Below, piece by piece: positions 1-11,108 of a DNA stretch of 64,000 nucleotides (positions are counted from its first letter, which is position 1; every line of letters starts with the position of its first letter). The position numbers and the translations under genes are program-made. This DNA is from a virus. Its lineage: Duplodnaviria; Caudoviricetes. The stretch is from positions 98,118 through 162,117 of the IMG/VR virus record IMGVR_UViG_3300037067_006336. The stretch is one strand, 5' to 3'. The notes under the pieces are model-generated. The model did no database searches, had not been told where the DNA came from, and saw nothing but the letters and a program-made list of their open reading frames with translations.

Positions 1-7
1 CCTGCAC

Positions 8-1591
8 TTGAAGGACGAGGAGAAAGGTTGGATACAGGTGAAGATGCGTGATTACCAGTCCAAGTTATTGTCTCTTTATGATACGGAGAAATGGAACATC
101 GTCATGTTCCCTCGGCAGTCTGGAAAGACTACCACGACTATAGGTGAGATATTACATTTCGTGCTTACCAATATCGACAAGGATATAGTTTGCATAGCCC
201 AGTCCGACAAGGTGGTAAGGGAGATTCGAAAGAAGTTACTGGAGGCTTTCTCCAAGATACCATTCTTCATGCAACCAGGCTGTATAGCCGTCAACAAGGA
301 AGGTTTCATGTTCGACAACGGGTGTCGTATAACCGTGGGTATAGCTGCTGAATCGGTAGTGCAAGGTTACGCACTTGATTTCCTTTACATTGACGAGTTC
401 GCGTACATCAAGAACACCATGGTACGCAAGTTCTGGAACAACATATACCCGACATTAATCAATAACCCCAAATCCAAGTGCATCATAACATCCACGCCTA
501 ACGGCAGGAACCTGTTCTGGGAGTTATGGGTTGGGTCGGAGATGAAGAACAACCGGTTCCACAGTTACCGGATATACTGGTATGATGTCCCAGGACGTGA
601 CGAGAAGTTCAAGCAGGACACGATAGTGAACATGGGACTCGAGGGTTGGGAAATGGGTTTCGAGTGTTCGTTCGACACCCAGTTGAAATCCGTTTTCGGC
701 ATAATGGTTCAAAAGGCATTGAGGGCATCCCAGCTAGTCATGAAGGAAGAATGGGCAACCGAGGAAGGTACCACGCTGGACGGGTTCGAGATGTTATCAC
801 GCGACACGTGCGATTACGACTTCAAGAGGGATTACTTCTTGATAGGTATCGATATAGCCGAGGGACTCGAGCAGGATTCATCAACCATCAAGATACGCAA
901 GATGGAGTGGGACAAGAACCTTAAGAAACTAACATACCGTAGCGTGGGGGTGTTCCATGATAACAACATATCGGTCGAGGATCTTGCGATAAAGGTAATG
1001 GTCATATCAAGGTTGTTCGATCCTGGGAAAGTAAAGGTCATCGTAGAGAATAACACGTACGGCGGGGAGTTCTTCACGCACATGAGGAACTTGAGGAACC
1101 ATGACAGGGATTACTTCGATTTCAACATGGATATCATCGCCAAGTTCATCAGGGATTCGAAAGGTGATTACGAGTACGGGATCAGGAGGTCCAGGAAGAA
1201 CAAACCAGTTGATGTCAAATCGTTCACTAGTCTCGTGTCCAACAACATCATGATAGAATCTAACAATACCACCATAGAGGAGTACCTGAATTTCGGCAGG
1301 AAGAAAGATAACACGTACGCCGCCAATTACGGGCATGATGACCTGGTGATGGCTGACGTGGCGATATCACACTTCATAAAATCGAACGATATAAATTGCC
1401 GTGAATTCCTGAAGATGACCGAGGGAAACTTGAGGTGCATCGCGAATGACGAGGATCAAGAAGTACTGGCGAAGAAAGCAGCAGAAGCGATGTTGAAGGA
1501 CATATACGTGACATCTAACGGTTTCAAGGTAAGGGATCATGAAGAGGAATACGCGAGAACACACGGTTCGGATGAATGCGTGTACATGTAA
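8..1591 (+). CDS. terL: Terminase large subunit (T4 gp17-like), probably 5'-truncated by the window edge
   Basis: Walker A PRQSGKTT, Walker B LYIDEFA, motif III ITSTPNG, nuclease IGIDIAEG and HDDLVMA. Confidence 0.93.
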   Translation: MKDEEKGWIQVKMRDYQSKLLSLYDTEKWNIVMFPRQSGKTTTTIGEILHFVLTNIDKDIVCIAQSDKVVREIRKKLLEAFSKIPFFMQPGCIAVNKEGFMFDNGCRITVGIAAESVVQGYALDFLYIDEFAYIKNTMVRKFWNNIYPTLINNPKSKCIITSTPNGRNLFWELWVGSEMKNNRFHSYRIYWYDVPGRDEKFKQDTIVNMGLEGWEMGFECSFDTQLKSVFGIMVQKALRASQLVMKEEWATEEGTTLDGFEMLSRDTCDYDFKRDYFLIGIDIAEGLEQDSSTIKIRKMEWDKNLKKLTYRSVGVFHDNNISVEDLAIKVMVISRLFDPGKVKVIVENNTYGGEFFTHMRNLRNHDRDYFDFNMDIIAKFIRDSKGDYEYGIRRSRKNKPVDVKSFTSLVSNNIMIESNNTTIEEYLNFGRKKDNTYAANYGHDDLVMADVAISHFIKSNDINCREFLKMTEGNLRCIANDEDQEVLAKKAAEAMLKDIYVTSNGFKVRDHEEEYARTHGSDECVYM

Positions 1592-3312
1592 ATAAACACG
1601 TGTTAAAAGTGAAAGTAATGGAAAACAAGATGACAGCCCGAGTGAAGGGTATGATACAACGGTTCGATAACCCTGTCAAGAACAGCAGGGACAGACAAGA
1701 GTTAATCATGAACATGGAAAACATGGTATCCAGGCTAAAAGGTCAACTCAGTACCTTGGTAATAACTTACGGTTTAGGATCATACTTCTACGAGGAAGGT
1801 GTTGATGGTGTTAAAACATGTAATACTGAGATGTTACCCAAGGCTGGTATAAAGGATAACGAACTTGTTATAGAGCACTTGAAATCCCTTACCATCGCTA
1901 ATTTACCGGCAGGTGTCAAGGGGTACATCAACGTGACCGGGCACCCTTATATTGGTGGGAACGGTTACGATCTTGACGTACCTGTCATTGATGAGGAATT
2001 CAAGATTGGTGTTAGCCAGGTATCGATGAACAACCTGCAATCGAATAACAACGCTCTTGAAAAGAAAGAATTGTTCTGGTTAACGGCTTCATGTACCAAC
2101 ATAGAGGTAAACGGTGTAAAAGGTTTATTATTGCTGGAATTCCCCAACGGGAAATTTGACGTGGCAGAATCTACCACGGGGGCAAAGGTGACATATTATG
2201 ATAAAAAGATATACTTTAACACCAGGAAGGAAGCCGTGATGTCTGCCACCGAGAGACTCACTCCTGAAAACATTAAGAATCTTGGAAAGGCAATAGGGGG
2301 CTACCTGTCCACCAACGGTACGTCTAAACCTGTAACACCTGCTGACATAAAGATGTTCGGGGAGTTCAAGGTTTACAACGATACATTGAGAAAGGAAGCC
2401 CGTTCCAAGAGGGTCAAGGAGAAAGAGGAAAGGCAAGCTTATAAAGAGGAATTCAGGAAGGAATTCGAGGTTTTGAAAAGTGAAGGAATCGACACACGTG
2501 TCCACCAGGAAGCACCCGCTACCAGGTTACCATTGATAGAACTCACTGGTAAGGAAACCATCGAGCAGTTGAAATCATTACTCGCGACTAGGTCGCCATA
2601 TTACGATACGAAAAATTCTAAATGGGACACGGTAGATTCATACCGGCGAATGAATAAATCGGAACTATTGGAACTCGTGAAGATTTACAACACCAACATT
2701 GAGAACGGTGGTGATGGTAACATATCGACGTTTAGGAACGAGGAGTTATACATTGCTAATAACAAGGTAATGGAAGATATCAATAACTGGTTGAAACTAG
2801 GTGGTGTTGATATTGACATGGTACCAGATTCTATCAAGTTAAAATTGAAAGCAAACTGGGAAAAATTCCTGGAGGTGAACCTTAACGGTGTGGTGTCGGA
2901 GGCCGATATACCGGTTGCCACCGCGAAGATGAAAGCACTATTCCAACCGGTGATAGACGAGTACGGTTACGATATCGAGAACTTGAAAGGTTCGAACAAG
3001 GCGGAGAGTGTCAGGGTAGGTGATACCATCACACTGGAGGAATACGAGATGCTGGATGATTCGTTGAAACAGTACTTCACACCTAACAGGGTAAAGGGTT
3101 ACACCAGAACATTAACACCGTTCGAGTTGCAATTCATATGGGATATAATGAATGCCGATACCCGTAAGAGATTAGTTACAACAAGGGATATTAACGGCGA
3201 ACTAGCACCTAACGTTATCATGAAGAATCACGGCGAATTAAACAGGGAAGAGATGATACTAGTTAACAATATGATTAAATCTTACATGTTCGGGAAGATT
3301 GTCAAAAATTAA
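1576..3312 (+). CDS. Hypothetical phage protein (true start may be ATG 1618)
   Basis: Long ORF directly after terL; no motif recognised. Confidence 0.6.
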   Translation: MRVHVNKHVLKVKVMENKMTARVKGMIQRFDNPVKNSRDRQELIMNMENMVSRLKGQLSTLVITYGLGSYFYEEGVDGVKTCNTEMLPKAGIKDNELVIEHLKSLTIANLPAGVKGYINVTGHPYIGGNGYDLDVPVIDEEFKIGVSQVSMNNLQSNNNALEKKELFWLTASCTNIEVNGVKGLLLLEFPNGKFDVAESTTGAKVTYYDKKIYFNTRKEAVMSATERLTPENIKNLGKAIGGYLSTNGTSKPVTPADIKMFGEFKVYNDTLRKEARSKRVKEKEERQAYKEEFRKEFEVLKSEGIDTRVHQEAPATRLPLIELTGKETIEQLKSLLATRSPYYDTKNSKWDTVDSYRRMNKSELLELVKIYNTNIENGGDGNISTFRNEELYIANNKVMEDINNWLKLGGVDIDMVPDSIKLKLKANWEKFLEVNLNGVVSEADIPVATAKMKALFQPVIDEYGYDIENLKGSNKAESVRVGDTITLEEYEMLDDSLKQYFTPNRVKGYTRTLTPFELQFIWDIMNADTRKRLVTTRDINGELAPNVIMKNHGELNREEMILVNNMIKSYMFGKIVKN

Positions 3313-3321
3313 TTTAAATAT

Positions 3322-4794
3322 ATGAAACCAGAATTACTAAGGAATTATGATAATTCCAGGGAAGATTACCGGTATGCGATCAAGGATGGTGATACTGGAA
3401 CATTCCTCAACAACGATCGAATCACAAGTACGTCACTAGTGTTCACCGGTAACTTGCAGTGGTACTACACCCTAGATGATGTTTGTTACAAGGGCAACGG
3501 GGACAAGATGAACATCTTTGATGTTTACAACCATCTGAAAGCATGTTCCAAACTACACGACGTGCTCGGCGATGACAGATGTTTAGCATTCATCATAGGT
3601 TATGAACAAGGGGATGTAAGGAACAAGATCACGGTTAACGATTTAAATTCAGTATCGACAACACTTGATGAATCATTCGATAAATCAACCATGTTGTTAG
3701 CAGTTTGTTTCGACTGGATGTGCAGGTGGTATTGCAGGACAAAGGATAACAGTACCGGGATGTTCACGTTTGGAAAGTTCTTCGAACATTCAACCAGGTT
3801 GAAATTCGATATAGATGCCATCAGTTACATAATTGAAACGTTACATGCTAACGGGTATGATCCAAAAGCATTAGAATCTTTCAATGTTAACGAGTTAATT
3901 GATATTGATGAACACGGGGAAGTGATAAATAGACCGTGGAATATAAGGTATTTTGACAAGTTACCTTCCTTGAAAGAAGAATCCGACAAGGTAAGAAACG
4001 GGGATATCATACATGTTTACATCAAGGATGACTTCTTCATTACATCAAATGATAGGTTTGTCGTTGTTAACGGTGCAAGTACCGGTTCTATGCCGGATTA
4101 TACCAGGGTATGCGTGATGGATGGTTCAGGTTACTCGTTCGACAGTAACATGTCATTAGCCAACGCTGTGCGATTGGCTAGTAACATGGATGAGCGTGAT
4201 TTCTGGATGTGGCCTGACACCGATGCCGTGAAGCTCATGACCAAACTAGTCAATGTTGGTTATTTCAACCGTTTATCCGCCACACGGTTCGAGCCAACCG
4301 TTAAGGGTGTACGATTCTGTTATGGACTGGAAGACACCAGTACTACCAACTTGAACGAGGCGGAACAGGAACAAGGTGACAAGAAGCAACACCCTTACCA
4401 CGCGTTCTTCCGCTCGAAACTACGGGGACACGGTGTAAACTCACCATCGGAACTAGATGACACGACAAAAGTCAAATTCTTCAACGAGGTAAAGAAGGGT
4501 TGGAAGAATATGAAGAAGAAAAAGGGTGATGAAGACAAGAACTTGAACGAATCATACAAGGAGTTCCCGGTGTTGAACGAGTACAACAAGATAATCGGGT
4601 TACTGCTTGATAAATACAACACACCATCATACACCAGGTTGGGTGAAAATGACAAGAAGAAATTCATGTTGGAACTAGAGCAAGGTATAGAGGCTATAGA
4701 TCGCAAGTGCAACCTCATGCAATCGGATAACAGTTTCAACCTTAACCCTGGTCAAATGTTCGACATGAACCAAACCAAATCCATAACCGATTAA
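3322..4794 (+). CDS. Putative internal head protein, paralog of 4805..6412
   Basis: Shared N-terminus MKPxLLRxY..YAIKD; C-terminal PYHxFFRxKL..SPS.L..KFFN.VKxGW module; several LNE motifs. Confidence 0.5.
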   Translation: MKPELLRNYDNSREDYRYAIKDGDTGTFLNNDRITSTSLVFTGNLQWYYTLDDVCYKGNGDKMNIFDVYNHLKACSKLHDVLGDDRCLAFIIGYEQGDVRNKITVNDLNSVSTTLDESFDKSTMLLAVCFDWMCRWYCRTKDNSTGMFTFGKFFEHSTRLKFDIDAISYIIETLHANGYDPKALESFNVNELIDIDEHGEVINRPWNIRYFDKLPSLKEESDKVRNGDIIHVYIKDDFFITSNDRFVVVNGASTGSMPDYTRVCVMDGSGYSFDSNMSLANAVRLASNMDERDFWMWPDTDAVKLMTKLVNVGYFNRLSATRFEPTVKGVRFCYGLEDTSTTNLNEAEQEQGDKKQHPYHAFFRSKLRGHGVNSPSELDDTTKVKFFNEVKKGWKNMKKKKGDEDKNLNESYKEFPVLNEYNKIIGLLLDKYNTPSYTRLGENDKKKFMLELEQGIEAIDRKCNLMQSDNSFNLNPGQMFDMNQTKSITD

Positions 4795-4804
4795 AAATTT
4801 TAAC

Positions 4805-6412
4805 ATGAAACCACTATTATTACGTCATTACAACGAGTATGACAGGGATTTTAACTACGCGATAAAAGATGTTGAAACAGGTAACTTCCTTTACGTTGAT
4901 AAGATGAACATGTTATCATTCACGCCAGCCCTGATATGGTATCCGGGGGATGGGGTTGATTCCGGTAACGGGGTTATATTGAACATCACCGAGCTTTACA
5001 ACACGTTGAAATGTTCTGAAGGTTTGCTTTCCACGCTGGGTGCTAATACATGTCTTGCATTCATAGCTACCAAGGATGGTGACGTGAAATGGAAGGTAAC
5101 CCGTAACGATTTCGATCATGTTCGTGAATCTATAGCTAAGACATTCAATAACGATGTGATGTCTGTTGCTATCTGTGTTGATGGGTTATTCAACTGGTAC
5201 TCACGTGTTGGTACGGGTAGTTCCACGGGATTCGGCTTGAAATCACTAGAGGTATACCTGAACAATCGAAATGTCAATGATGCAATAACTTACTTCATAA
5301 CGAAAAGAATAAAAGATGAAGGTTTCAACATGAATAGAACCAATAATTTCAACCAGAAGGAGGATTTAATCGATGTTGATGAGAATGGTAATTTAGATGA
5401 AAGATCCCCTGACATTAACCGGTTTAACAAGTTACCACCCTTGCACGAGTACGCCCCCACCTTGAAACGAGACATACCGTTCTCGTTGATGATGAACAAT
5501 AATATCCGAACCACCGGTAAATTCTGCGTGTTACCAGCTTCTAGTGCCGAGTTGCTTGAGGGTTTCACCAAGGTTGGTGAATTTCGTGATGGTATTTACA
5601 TGTTTGTTGAAGAGATGGCAATACCCACGATGCTGGGACTCATAAAAGGCATGGACAACCGGGATTTCTGGTTATGGGATAACACGGACGGGGTAAAATT
5701 GATGGAAAAGGCGATAGACCTGGGGTATTACCGGCAGGTGTTGGTTGCTCAATTCGAGATAACCGCGGATGGTGTTAGTGCTTACCATGAAAAGCATGAC
5801 ACGATGGTAAATTTAAACGAGGATGAAAAGGAAAACCCCTACCACTTGTTCTTCAGGAACAAACTAGAGGAATACAATATCGATTCCCCGTCCGACTTAA
5901 ACGTTGAAGACAGGGTAAAATTCTTCAATGATGTAAAGGAGGGATGGAAGGGAAAGAAGAAAAATGTCAAGTTGAACGAGTCGGCAGGTTTAACCGGTAG
6001 CATCGTGAAATACAATGACATTTTCCACGAACTACTTGACAAGTACAAGGTAGGTTCATTCACCCGCTTACCGGGGTCAAGCAGGAAGAAATTCATGGAA
6101 GAAGTGGAAAAGGGTATAGAGGAATTAGAAGGATCAGCAGACCTTAAACAACTAAACCAGACGAAGAAACAATCGATAACCAAGGTTAAACCTGAAGAAG
6201 GGAAGATGCACGAGGTACTGGGGGTAGACAAGAACAAGAAGATTTCCGATGTTTACAAGAGCGGTGCATCGCTGGCTAAAGCCTTGATAGGTAAGGTTGG
6301 AAGGGGGAAAGCCGCAGGTATGATCAACTATGCCGCCAACATATCATCAAGGGAAGACGTCTTCGACGAAGCCTCGAGATGGTTAGGTGATAATCCCCAG
6401 CAATCCAGTTAG
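4805..6412 (+). CDS. Putative internal head protein, paralog of 3322..4794
   Basis: Same motifs as the upstream paralog plus an extra C-terminal segment. Confidence 0.5.
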   Translation: MKPLLLRHYNEYDRDFNYAIKDVETGNFLYVDKMNMLSFTPALIWYPGDGVDSGNGVILNITELYNTLKCSEGLLSTLGANTCLAFIATKDGDVKWKVTRNDFDHVRESIAKTFNNDVMSVAICVDGLFNWYSRVGTGSSTGFGLKSLEVYLNNRNVNDAITYFITKRIKDEGFNMNRTNNFNQKEDLIDVDENGNLDERSPDINRFNKLPPLHEYAPTLKRDIPFSLMMNNNIRTTGKFCVLPASSAELLEGFTKVGEFRDGIYMFVEEMAIPTMLGLIKGMDNRDFWLWDNTDGVKLMEKAIDLGYYRQVLVAQFEITADGVSAYHEKHDTMVNLNEDEKENPYHLFFRNKLEEYNIDSPSDLNVEDRVKFFNDVKEGWKGKKKNVKLNESAGLTGSIVKYNDIFHELLDKYKVGSFTRLPGSSRKKFMEEVEKGIEELEGSADLKQLNQTKKQSITKVKPEEGKMHEVLGVDKNKKISDVYKSGASLAKALIGKVGRGKAAGMINYAANISSREDVFDEASRWLGDNPQQSS

Positions 6413-6436
6413 TTAATAAAAAGGTATTACCTGTTT

Positions 6437-6468
6437 ACCCGTGTATTTTAAACGATACACGGGTTTTT
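6437..6468 (+). terminator. Intrinsic terminator
   Basis: ACCCGTGTAT / ATACACGGGT 10-bp stem followed by a T-run. Confidence 0.75.
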
Positions 6469-6477
6469 CATTAAATA

Positions 6478-6485
6478 CAGGATAT
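6478..6485 (+). promoter_or_regulatory. CAGGATAT promoter-like motif (first of about 14 copies)
   Basis: Recurs as YRCAGGATAT, mostly intergenic, just upstream of gene starts (see findings). Confidence 0.6.
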
Positions 6486-6625
6486 GAAAATAAATTTAAA
6501 ATTTAGGAATCATGACAACAATCAAGAAAAGAAAATGGGACAAGAAAACCGTTAATCACATCGAAATAAAAAAGTACCGTGAATTCCGGTAAAATAGATC
6601 ATCCAGGTCAAAATATTTAAAATTA

Positions 6626-8557
6626 ATGACTAGAAGATTAAAGAAATCAACCGTAGAGTTGCAGGTGGATTCATCGGGAGAATTCCAGTTCAAGTCGGAG
6701 ATAGACCGTATCCTCGATAGGCCAGGCACCTACATCGGTTCCGTGATAACGGAGATAACTGACCTTATGTTATATGTTCCATCAACAAACAGCATGCAGT
6801 TGTTAAAGGGAAAACAGTTCAATGCAGGTTTACTGAAACTTGTTGACGAGGTGATAACCAACTCAACGGATGAATACAAGAGACATGGAGGCATAACAAG
6901 GGTAGATGTAACCGTTAACACGGATGGTCACGTGACGGTGCTCGATGACGGTGGGATACCGGTGAAAGTCCACGGGGAATCAGGTTTACTCAACCCCGAG
7001 TTCATTTTCGGGACGATAGGGACATCATCCAATTACGATGATAACGTATCGAGGGAATGGGCAGGGTTGAACGGGCTTGGTGGCAAGATAGCTAACATAT
7101 ATTCTACGCGTTTCAAGGTAGAGACATGTGACCGCAAGAACAAGGTAACGGTGGATTGGTATGATAACATGAAGCACATAAACAAGGATTTGAAAGCGTA
7201 CAGGTACGGTTTCGACGTGGTACCCAGCGCCGATCATTACACGCTGGTTGATTACAATATCCAGTTATCAAGGTTCGAGCTTGAAACCATCCCGTTATCC
7301 ATGTTGAGGGTATTCCAGAAACGTTGCATAACAGCGGCGGCATCTAATCCCGGTCTCACCATCAACTTCAAGAGCGACGCCTTTGAAGGGAAGCTTGATT
7401 CAACGTGGTACTTCAAATCATTCGATGAATTCGTGAGGTTACACGTGACACCCGATCTCATGGAAGGTGCGATCACCTGTAGCCAGGCTAAATTCAAGGT
7501 AGTGTTGATACCGGGTGATACGAACACTGTCGGGATAGTTAACGGCTCAGATTGTCACTCGGGTAGTCATGTTAACAAGATAGAATCACAAGTTACGAAT
7601 GCCGTTCTCGATTACTGCAAGAAGAATGATATGCCCCTCATAACCGAGAAGGATATCACGTCCAGGTTCGGGCTTTATATCGATGCACGCGTCCCGAAGC
7701 CGTCGTACTCCTCCCAGTCTAAAGAGAGGTTGACGATGAAACTAGGTGACTTGCTGAATTTAAACGATAACTTCTTGACCAGCGTAACCAGTAGCAAACT
7801 AGTTGCGTTATTGAAAATATTCTACGAGGTAAAATACGCCGAGGAGAAGAAGAAAGAGATAAACAAGCTCAATAAATTGCTGAAGGAAACGGTAACTAGG
7901 AAGTTGATACCACCTCAAGTTGTGGACCGTGACAGGAACGAGTTATGGTTGTTCGAGGGTGATTCGGCATCCAATGGTTTCAGGATGAAACGTAACTTGT
8001 TCCAGGGGGCGTACTTGTTGAGGGGTAAGATACCTAACACGTTCAACCTGTCAAGGTCACAAGTTACCGAGAACGTTGAACTACGAGAGATACTGGCTTA
8101 CCTTAACCTGAGGTTTAACGACCCGGTTCACAACCTGAAGAACATAAAGGTAAAGAGGATAATACTAGGTACTGACATGGATCACGACGGGAACCATATA
8201 TGCTCGCTACTAGTGGCTTTCATGGGGGTACATTTCCCCGAGGTACTGGCTGCCGGGATGGTGTACCGGGCATTATCACCCATCATAATATGCTCGAGGA
8301 AGGGGCAACCCAAGATGTACTTCTACGACCTTAAATCATTCGAGCAAGCAAGGGTTCCGGCCTCCTGGGAAATAACATACACCAAGGGTCTAGGAGGGCT
8401 AGAGAACGATGATTACCGCCAGATGTTACGCAACCAGAAACTAATAAGGTTCATCATGAACGACGAGAAGGACGTGGAATCAATAAAAGTATGGTTCGAC
8501 AAGGACACTACCTCCAGGAAGGAATTGATAATGCTCGATGGTAACAAGGATGTTTGA
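6626..8557 (+). CDS. Type II DNA topoisomerase ATPase/TOPRIM subunit (T4 gp39+60 / GyrB-like)
   Basis: RPGTYIGS, EVITNSTD, GLNGLG, EGDSA, LRGKI, DMDHDG, KGLG. Confidence 0.93.
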   Translation: MTRRLKKSTVELQVDSSGEFQFKSEIDRILDRPGTYIGSVITEITDLMLYVPSTNSMQLLKGKQFNAGLLKLVDEVITNSTDEYKRHGGITRVDVTVNTDGHVTVLDDGGIPVKVHGESGLLNPEFIFGTIGTSSNYDDNVSREWAGLNGLGGKIANIYSTRFKVETCDRKNKVTVDWYDNMKHINKDLKAYRYGFDVVPSADHYTLVDYNIQLSRFELETIPLSMLRVFQKRCITAAASNPGLTINFKSDAFEGKLDSTWYFKSFDEFVRLHVTPDLMEGAITCSQAKFKVVLIPGDTNTVGIVNGSDCHSGSHVNKIESQVTNAVLDYCKKNDMPLITEKDITSRFGLYIDARVPKPSYSSQSKERLTMKLGDLLNLNDNFLTSVTSSKLVALLKIFYEVKYAEEKKKEINKLNKLLKETVTRKLIPPQVVDRDRNELWLFEGDSASNGFRMKRNLFQGAYLLRGKIPNTFNLSRSQVTENVELREILAYLNLRFNDPVHNLKNIKVKRIILGTDMDHDGNHICSLLVAFMGVHFPEVLAAGMVYRALSPIIICSRKGQPKMYFYDLKSFEQARVPASWEITYTKGLGGLENDDYRQMLRNQKLIRFIMNDEKDVESIKVWFDKDTTSRKELIMLDGNKDV

Positions 8558-8559
8558 TG

Positions 8560-9280
8560 AAATAAGCATCATGATATCGAACATACCGTGTGTTGTATGA
8601 CTATCATGATTGTTTTGATGTGATATGTTTATGTATGATCATGATAGTCATACAACATGATGCAATGTGTTCATGATGTGTATGTGAAAAGTATACACGT
8701 TTAATAGAACATGATGACTAATACTATATCAATGGTGTCATGATCATGTTAAACACATCATGAACATCTCAAACATACACTCATTGGAATCATGTTCATG
8801 ATAAGAATACACATATTAAGTACATCATGATCATCTTAAGCATATACATATCAAGCATATCATGAACATAGAAGCATACACGTTGAATTGATCATGATGA
8901 GTAATACTATACAAGGGTATCATGATCATGTTAAGCATATACACATAAAGTACATCATGATCATGTTATACACATTATCGAATACATCATGAACATCTTA
9001 AGCATATACATATTAAGTAGATCATGATCATATTAAGTATACACGTTGATAGAGAATATTGAGCAATAATATATCAAGGGTATCATGATAATGTTAAGCA
9101 TATAACACATAAAATACATCATGATCATGATATACACATTATCGAATACATTATGATGATATCCTTTTAACAGCATATGATGTTATAATGCATATTTGAT
9201 AACTCATGATAATGTACACAACATGTTGAGTTAGGTTATCAATTATATCATGATGTTTTGATAGAAACGTAGTCAAAACA
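8560..9280. repeat. Non-coding ATCATGAT-rich repeat region with a 20-bp inverted repeat and three imperfect 165-185 bp tandem units
   Basis: TGTTGTATGACTATCATGAT 8591-8610 with perfect reverse complement at 8638-8657; units start near 8691, 8874 and 9037. Confidence 0.8.
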
Positions 9281-9324
9281 CTTATGGACAATCTTACAGG
9301 ATATAAAAACTAAATAAACATACC

Positions 9325-10185
9325 ATGAAGTTACTAGCATTCACTTACAATGAACCTGTTTACTCGTTAAAGTTACTCGATACTGTAAAACATCAATCAC
9401 ATTCTTTCGTGTTTGACAGCAACCATACCGTTTCAAAACATAACCAGGATAATTACAAGGATTTATTCGAAATATTAAGCAGTACACCTGGAAAAACATC
9501 ACTAGTTCATGATATGTGTCAGCACGGATATCGTGAAACTTTAACGTTGAAAACCTTTCTTAAATTAACGTTACCTAAATTAGAGGATTTATTTAATATC
9601 AACGAGAAAGTAACCATAAACGTTCATGAGGGTATTTTATATCATGTCGGAAACATAATAGACGTATCCAATTTTTACTTTTTACATGGTTACGAAGATA
9701 TTAACGAGGCATGGAAAGGGTTCGGTTTCAAGGAAGGATTGCACACAAATGATGTAATCCACGCTATGTGTTTGATGATGTTAGGCTCGTATGTTACCCG
9801 ATACAAGAGTAATAATATTCCTTCACCAATCCAAACCAACCCACAAACATCACTTGTCGATACATTTCGTTCCAAACTAGCATCGAAACAACCAAACCCT
9901 GATATATTCGATCACCATACTGTGTTAGCTTTCGGGAAATACAAAGGTAAAAAGATTTCAAGTATGATTGAAAATGATCCTGGGTATGTTGTTTACCTAT
10001 CTGGTCACATGTTGAATTTCACCTTGGACGAGTATGTATTGAACTTCGCCAGGTTGTTGATAGAAGAGAGAAAGCAACACCTGAAAAGCATGTCCGACAG
10101 AATATCAATGGGTAAACATACCGGTAAGACATTCCAGGAGTTGAAAGATAACGAACCCGGGTACTTCTCGTGGTTGATCAAATGA
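9325..10185 (+). CDS. Hypothetical protein with two FGKYKG-type (DUF3820/ExoX C-terminal-like) motifs
   Basis: LAFGKYKGKKI..DPGYVVYL and MGKHTGKTF..EPGYFSWL. Confidence 0.55.
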   Translation: MKLLAFTYNEPVYSLKLLDTVKHQSHSFVFDSNHTVSKHNQDNYKDLFEILSSTPGKTSLVHDMCQHGYRETLTLKTFLKLTLPKLEDLFNINEKVTINVHEGILYHVGNIIDVSNFYFLHGYEDINEAWKGFGFKEGLHTNDVIHAMCLMMLGSYVTRYKSNNIPSPIQTNPQTSLVDTFRSKLASKQPNPDIFDHHTVLAFGKYKGKKISSMIENDPGYVVYLSGHMLNFTLDEYVLNFARLLIEERKQHLKSMSDRISMGKHTGKTFQELKDNEPGYFSWLIK

Positions 10186-10389
10186 GGGGGTGGTTGTTTT
10201 CGAATTTGATCCAGGTGTGGTAAAGATTCCATATCAAAACGATAAAGGAAACCATGGAGATGATTTAGATGATATTTCAGGATTCAATAATATTATTTTA
10301 AGCTGATGATAAAACATGCACCAGACCACGTGTTATTCAGGGATGGAGAGAATACATAAAGAACACTATCAAGGAAAATAAATGATAAC

Positions 10390-11106
10390 ATGAGGAAATT
10401 AAAGAAAGAAGAATTCAACGGGAAGGAAGATATACCTGGGTTAACCAGGATCATAACCGGCATTACCAAGAAGTACAGGGGGAAAATATCCAGGTTAATA
10501 CTCTCTGATATAGAGGATGACCTGGTTGAATTTCATGACAGGATAAGATTCGATGTGGTGGAAGACGGTGATGTCGTGATAATAACCCACCAGGATGATG
10601 AACGTGTCTTCATCGTGAAGAATAACAATTTGACGTTGAGAACAATTGTTAAAATGTATTCTGACAAATTCAACATGAGCAGGTACGAGGGGTTCATGAC
10701 TCAGGACATTAAAAATATCCATGATGATAAACCAGTAAAGATCAAGAAAATCACGGGTAACCTCGATAATTTAAGGGAAGTGTTTATACAGGTTGATTCA
10801 ATGTTGAAGGGGAGACCGATATCGATCAGTTTATTACATAATACATTACACGAGTTCTACGATCCAAACAAGTACGTCATATTTATTAACCAGCTTTGCA
10901 AGGTAGACGATAACCACTTATACGGCGTTGATATCATATCGTTGAAAAAAGGGGAAAACATCATTGTTAACGTGTCATTCGGTAACATCACGACAAACTT
11001 ACCGAAGTTGTATTTGAAAGACCTTGATATAAAAGAATTCATGCAGGTAGAGAACGGGGTGGTAAAGGTGTATGACAGGATATACAGGGAGGTAAAAAGT
11101 AAATAA
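10390..11106 (+). CDS. Hypothetical protein
   Basis: ORF only. Confidence 0.55.
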   Translation: MRKLKKEEFNGKEDIPGLTRIITGITKKYRGKISRLILSDIEDDLVEFHDRIRFDVVEDGDVVIITHQDDERVFIVKNNNLTLRTIVKMYSDKFNMSRYEGFMTQDIKNIHDDKPVKIKKITGNLDNLREVFIQVDSMLKGRPISISLLHNTLHEFYDPNKYVIFINQLCKVDDNHLYGVDIISLKKGENIIVNVSFGNITTNLPKLYLKDLDIKEFMQVENGVVKVYDRIYREVKSK

Positions 11107-11108
11107 TC

